DNA from: Schizosaccharomyces osmophilus
Lineage: Eukaryota
Direction of reading: 5' to 3'
NCBI RefSeq assembly: GCF_027921745.1
Contig: NC_079239.1
Coordinates: 3,162,001 to 3,226,000, forward strand
Length of the DNA: 64,000 nucleotides
This document shows positions 59,759-64,000 of the stretch, piece by piece. Made by a program: the position numbers and the translations under genes. The notes under the pieces are model-generated. The model was not told where the DNA came from. It did not search any database and saw nothing but the letters and a program-made list of their open reading frames with translations. The number at the start of each line of letters is the position of its first letter. The stretch's first letter is position 1.

Positions 59759-60091
59759 TCTCAGCTTTTAATTATTAAACCTCGTGCCTTGAATCACTCC
59801 TGTTTTCACGTAGTTTATGAATTCTTCTTCCAGTGATATGCTAATGGGAAATATGTGAATAGATCAAAAATCTACCAGCTGGCATGACTCCTAAAGCCTC
59901 TTTGCTCTTCGCTATCTGACTTACCGCATTCTACATCTTCAGTATAAACAGTAGTTTCACCACTTCTAAAAACTTTTAGCATACTCTAACAATGCGAAAT
60001 ATACTCTTTATCGATATCGTTCAAACTCGTTGATTACAATCCTCAACGCTAGAAAGGTACTTTGCACAGAACGAAACTGTTTTTGAGCCGG

Positions 60092-61854
60092 ATGTTTTGT
60101 TCAATCAGTGGAGAAACGCCGAAAGAACCGGTTGTTTCACGTGTTAGCGGTAAGAAAAATGACCCGTTGACTTTTTCTAACGCGTTTTGTAGGAAGCATT
60201 TATGAACGACGCTTAATAGAACAAGCAATTAATGAAACTTCCAAGGACCCTGTCACTCAGCAGGAGTGTTCGCTCGATGACTTGGTTCCTGTAAAAGGTA
60301 TGAGTTGCGCGATTTTGGATAAAAAACCAAATGGTGGAAACATGGGAGGAAGAATACTGAATGGGAAAGGATACATCAAACGCGTCCGCGGTTCTTCCTT
60401 GAGCCTAAAAGAAGGCAAAAGGAGGACGAATTTTCAAAAAAAGTTGCCTTTTGCATTTTCGATTCAAGGCGTTCTTTCTTCACCTATGCTTTTCCCTATA
60501 GATTCCTTGAAGACCTTCATTTAGATATATACTAACATTTCGTTTAGTACCCGACTTTATCAAGCCTCGTCCTCCTTCTGCGACTTCTTTGCCAGCCTTA
60601 CTTTCTTTGTTCCAAGAAGAATGGGATGCTTTGGCACTAGAGCAGTTCGATTTACGGAAAAAACTGAGTGAAACAAAGCAAGAACTTTCGACATCCCTTT
60701 ATTCACTAGATGCTGCTTTTCGAGTAATATCACGGTTGACCAAGGAACGCGATGAAGCAAGAGAAGCTTTGGCCAAGTTTTCCGATAACGTCTCTTCTAT
60801 GTCTCAGCCTGAAAATCTTGATGTAGAAATGAAGGACGGCAGCCAAGACACCAAAGCAAGCCTAAAATCTACAGTAGATGAAACTCTTAAGCAACTTTCC
60901 ACAAAAAGAAAGCAAACAAAATTACAACCTACTTGGGCAACTCCGGAGGTTCTTGAAAAACTTGCACATAGTTCACCGCTTCCTGTTTTACCTTCTGCTG
61001 AAAAGGATGTTAAAACTCTCTTAATTCCACGACCTGGAGGTACAGGCGTCTCTCTTTGCTTGGTTGATAGTCGCGTTTCTCTAGTTGATTGTTCTTCCAG
61101 CAAGCCCTTAAAATCCTTTGATTCATCTATAACCGCATGCTGCTGGTTGGATATTTCTAAAATTGCTCTTATGAACTCTGATACGAAGATGATTGAAGTT
61201 TATGATGTTCCTTCAGAAGTTGAATCAGTTTCTGAACCTTCATTTTCAATTCCTGTTGAAAATGAGAACGTAATGTTTTTATCTGCTCATTCAAGTGGAG
61301 AGTACATTGTTGCAGCTACGGACGCAACTTGTACTTTATATTCTATGAAAGAAAGTGTCTATTCTCTCAATATATCGGCTAAGATTACTGCACTTTCTTT
61401 TCACCCCGATGGACATATCTTTGCTGTTGGTTTAGAAAACGGTGAAATTCAATTCTTCGAGACAGCTAGTGGTGTTGTAGCTGCAAAATTCGGTCCTCAA
61501 GATGGTTCAATTGAGTCGCTGCAATTCGGTGAAAATGGGTACTGGCTGGCTGCAGTTGCTTCAAATGAAAAGGGAACCTCCATTTGGCATTTGGGAAAAT
61601 CCAAATTAGCTCACATGGTACCAACGGATGCCAGCACTACTGCAGCTGCGTTAGACATAACATGTCAACTTTTGGCATCTTCTGATGATAAGTATTTGTA
61701 CATTCATTCATTTGTTAAAGCCTCCAAGTCTTGGAACCTGGTGGGCAAGGTCGAAGCTTCTTTGGTTTCAAATTTAGCTTGGATAGAAGATCCACACAAA
61801 CTGGTCTACTCTACAAATCAAGGTTCTGTTTGTCTTTTGGAAAGTATTAATTAA
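60092..61854 (+). CDS. prp19: Prp19/Cwf8 U-box, coiled-coil and WD40 spliceosomal ligase, 489 aa, 3 exons
   Basis: Exons 60092-60149, 60193-60297, 60548-61854. [46 protein letters not shown]. Confidence 0.93.
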
Positions 61855-62002
61855 TATGGCCTCTATAATAAATATCACTTAGAGACTGCAAGTCGTCCAA
61901 AATGCTCATAGTAAAACAAAATCAAAGCAATAGTTACGTTTAAGTAAAACATTCCTATATATAACGAATCGAAAAGCAAGTGAGGAATATTTAAGCAAGC
62001 TT

Positions 62003-62416
62003 TTAGCTTGCGACGTCAGAATTCATTTCATGAGATTCGGCTGTATTGTTAGCCAGGGAGCTTTTTACATCGAGTCCTATGTTTTGAAGTGAAGTCAGTT
62101 TTGTCTTTAGTTGCTCTAAATCTGTTTCGTTGTAGTGCAAACTTGGTACGGTGGTAGATGAAGAATTGCATAACCAGAACGATTTTAATTGCCTTGATAT
62201 ATCCAGTAGCTGTTCCACAGCACGAATCATCGAAAGAGTGTGACACTCAATTTGATATACCTCTGATGATACTGTATTTTTATCCTTTCCTTGGTTCATT
62301 GCAATATCTGCAATATCCTGAAATCGAGACAAAAGTGTTTGCGTAGCACCGTCTATGGAAGTATTGAGAGCATTTGTATGTTGAGTAAGTCGTCTTTGGA
62401 AGCTTTCCGACGACAT
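62003..62416 (-). CDS. srb6: Mediator head subunit Med22/Srb6, 137 aa
   Basis: LLSRFQDI..YQIECHTLSMIRAVEQLLDISRQLKSFWL. Confidence 0.85.
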   Translation of the reverse strand: MSSESFQRRLTQHTNALNTSIDGATQTLLSRFQDIADIAMNQGKDKNTVSSEVYQIECHTLSMIRAVEQLLDISRQLKSFWLCNSSSTTVPSLHYNETDLEQLKTKLTSLQNIGLDVKSSLANNTAESHEMNSDVAS

Positions 62417-62783
62417 AATGAAATGAGTAGGACCCTTTCGGCGTACTTTACAAACGAACGCGATTAATGAATGAAGCTGTTTTACTTCCTATAACGCAAA
62501 ATCCGGCTGCCAAACTGTTACTAATTTGAATGCCTTTTAAAAGCAAAGTTTAATTTTATACAATTTGACGACAAAGTACTATGAGCTGTAAAACCTCAAC
62601 TACTCTTTTGGAAACGTTAGATATATGTTTCTCTTGCGGTACAACTTTCGCGTACAAATTTCTTAAAAGCTCCCAGTAAGGAATTTATATCTAATTCTTT
62701 TATTTATTATTTTTCTCTTGTTCAAAAGGTTTTGTTTCAGGTAAAACAAGAGCTACCAAATCTTATTTTTGATTCATTCCAAT

Positions 62784-63906
62784 ATGTCACATTCAGGTTT
62801 TCATTATGGGCTGAATTTAATGAAAAAGCCCAATCAAGGGAACAAAAATGCTAGAATAAACTTTATGGAAGAGGAAGAAGATTCTTCTGACGAAGAAGCT
62901 GTGCAGCCTTCCACTTTTCAGGCTGTTCAAGCGGTTCCAGTAGAGAAGCCTGAAAGGAAAGAAACTACAGAGAGCGATGCTTCAGGTATGTGCAAGTTAT
63001 CATTTCATTTTACTAATTGGCAACGCAGTTTATGGTTACGATGAATATTATGATTCTATGAAGAGTGCTGAGCGAGAACAACAGGAATTAAGAAGGGAGG
63101 AAGCACAAGAGCGACGCCCAAAATATATGGAAAAGCTTATTGAATCAGCTAAAACTAGAAAAAGAGATATGTTGATTGCTCGTGAGCGAGCGCTGCAAAA
63201 ACAACGAGAGTCAGAAGGTAATGATGGGTCTGAAAAGTTCGTCACAGGCAGTTATAAGTTGCACCGTGAAGAAATGGAAAAAGAAATTGAGGATAAGAGA
63301 AGAGAAGAGGAGGAGTTACAAGCTAAAAATTCCCGTGGTGGTGGTATGAAAGACTTTTATGCTAGTATGCTCGAGCAACAAGAGAAGGAGCATGAAAAAG
63401 CAATGCAAAGCACTGCATCACAAACCTCCAGCCAGCAACAGAATATTAGCGAAGAGAAATCCAACAAAGCTTCTTTGTTGGAGACTCAAAAGGCGGATAA
63501 ATCTCTTGAATTGAACGACAATAATGAAATTATTGATCAGAGGCATGTACTTTCAGCCGGTTTGAATATCCCAAAACCTCCGACTACGAAATCGTCTTTA
63601 CCAGCGTCTCGTGTCCCTACTGATGGGCCACGTCGAAATCAAGGGGCTTTTGAATATGAACCAAGAAAGAGCAGACATAATCTTAAAGGATCGAAAGATA
63701 TTTACTCTTTGGAGCAAGTTGGAGAACAAAAACGAAAGTACGAGGAGGAACAAAAGTTAAAGAAGGAAAAAGAAGAAGAAAAGCGAAGAGAAATTGCATT
63801 GAAATCTCATACGCCAAAGACAACGAGCCAAGATCAAGTTTTGTCTGCCCGCGAGAGATATTTAAAAAGAAAACGCGAAGCTGCCAAATCAGAAGGCGAT
63901 TCATAA
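62784..63906 (+). CDS. CCDC55/NSRP1-like splicing-associated coiled-coil protein, 359 aa, 2 exons
   Basis: Exons 62784-62985 and 63029-63906. FHYGLN, VYGYDEYYD, PKYMEKLI, EKFVTGSYK, SARERYLKRK. Confidence 0.85.
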
Positions 63907-64000
63907 AGAGTATATACCAAACCATTTCTTTTATATATTACAAAACTACAGGATTCCTGTGTCAATTTAGGTTATTGCTTGAAATGTTAAAAAGGTTAAA

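Overview
This window is eukaryotic, gene-dense DNA from a fission yeast. It is a Schizosaccharomyces species other than S. pombe, probably from the octosporus/cryophilus/osmophilus group; the species cannot be fixed from the sequence alone. It holds 29 supportable protein-coding genes, many with short GT..CTRAC/TTAAC..AG introns that I resolved by hand. Gene order matches my recollection of S. pombe chromosome I (SPAC1006-SPAC1250-SPAC29A4): asa1, red1, mcp3, och1, rgf2, tif1, etd1, win1, rpl3002, atl1, sfc7, ubc14, mug95, snf21, elp3, cta5, prw1, a FUN14 gene, hal4, srs1, pex3, ure6, mug108, rga3, rrn5, rrp17, prp19, srb6 and a CCDC55 homolog. Symbols rest on recognised motifs and recalled synteny, not on a database search. 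I found no tRNA, rRNA, transposon or CRISPR. The strongest observation is the ubc14/sfc7 pair. The two genes overlap on the same strand, the spliced ubc14 CDS has no AUG in any frame between its own weak-context start and the strong-context sfc7 start, and this is the signature expected of a bicistronic leaky-scanning mRNA. Other points: a candidate K-turn with a competing pairing next to the 5' splice site of the rpl30-2 intron; a long stem-loop in the prp19 intron; several unexplained intergenic hairpins; convergently overlapping pex3/ure6 coding ends; and a possible decayed ORF.
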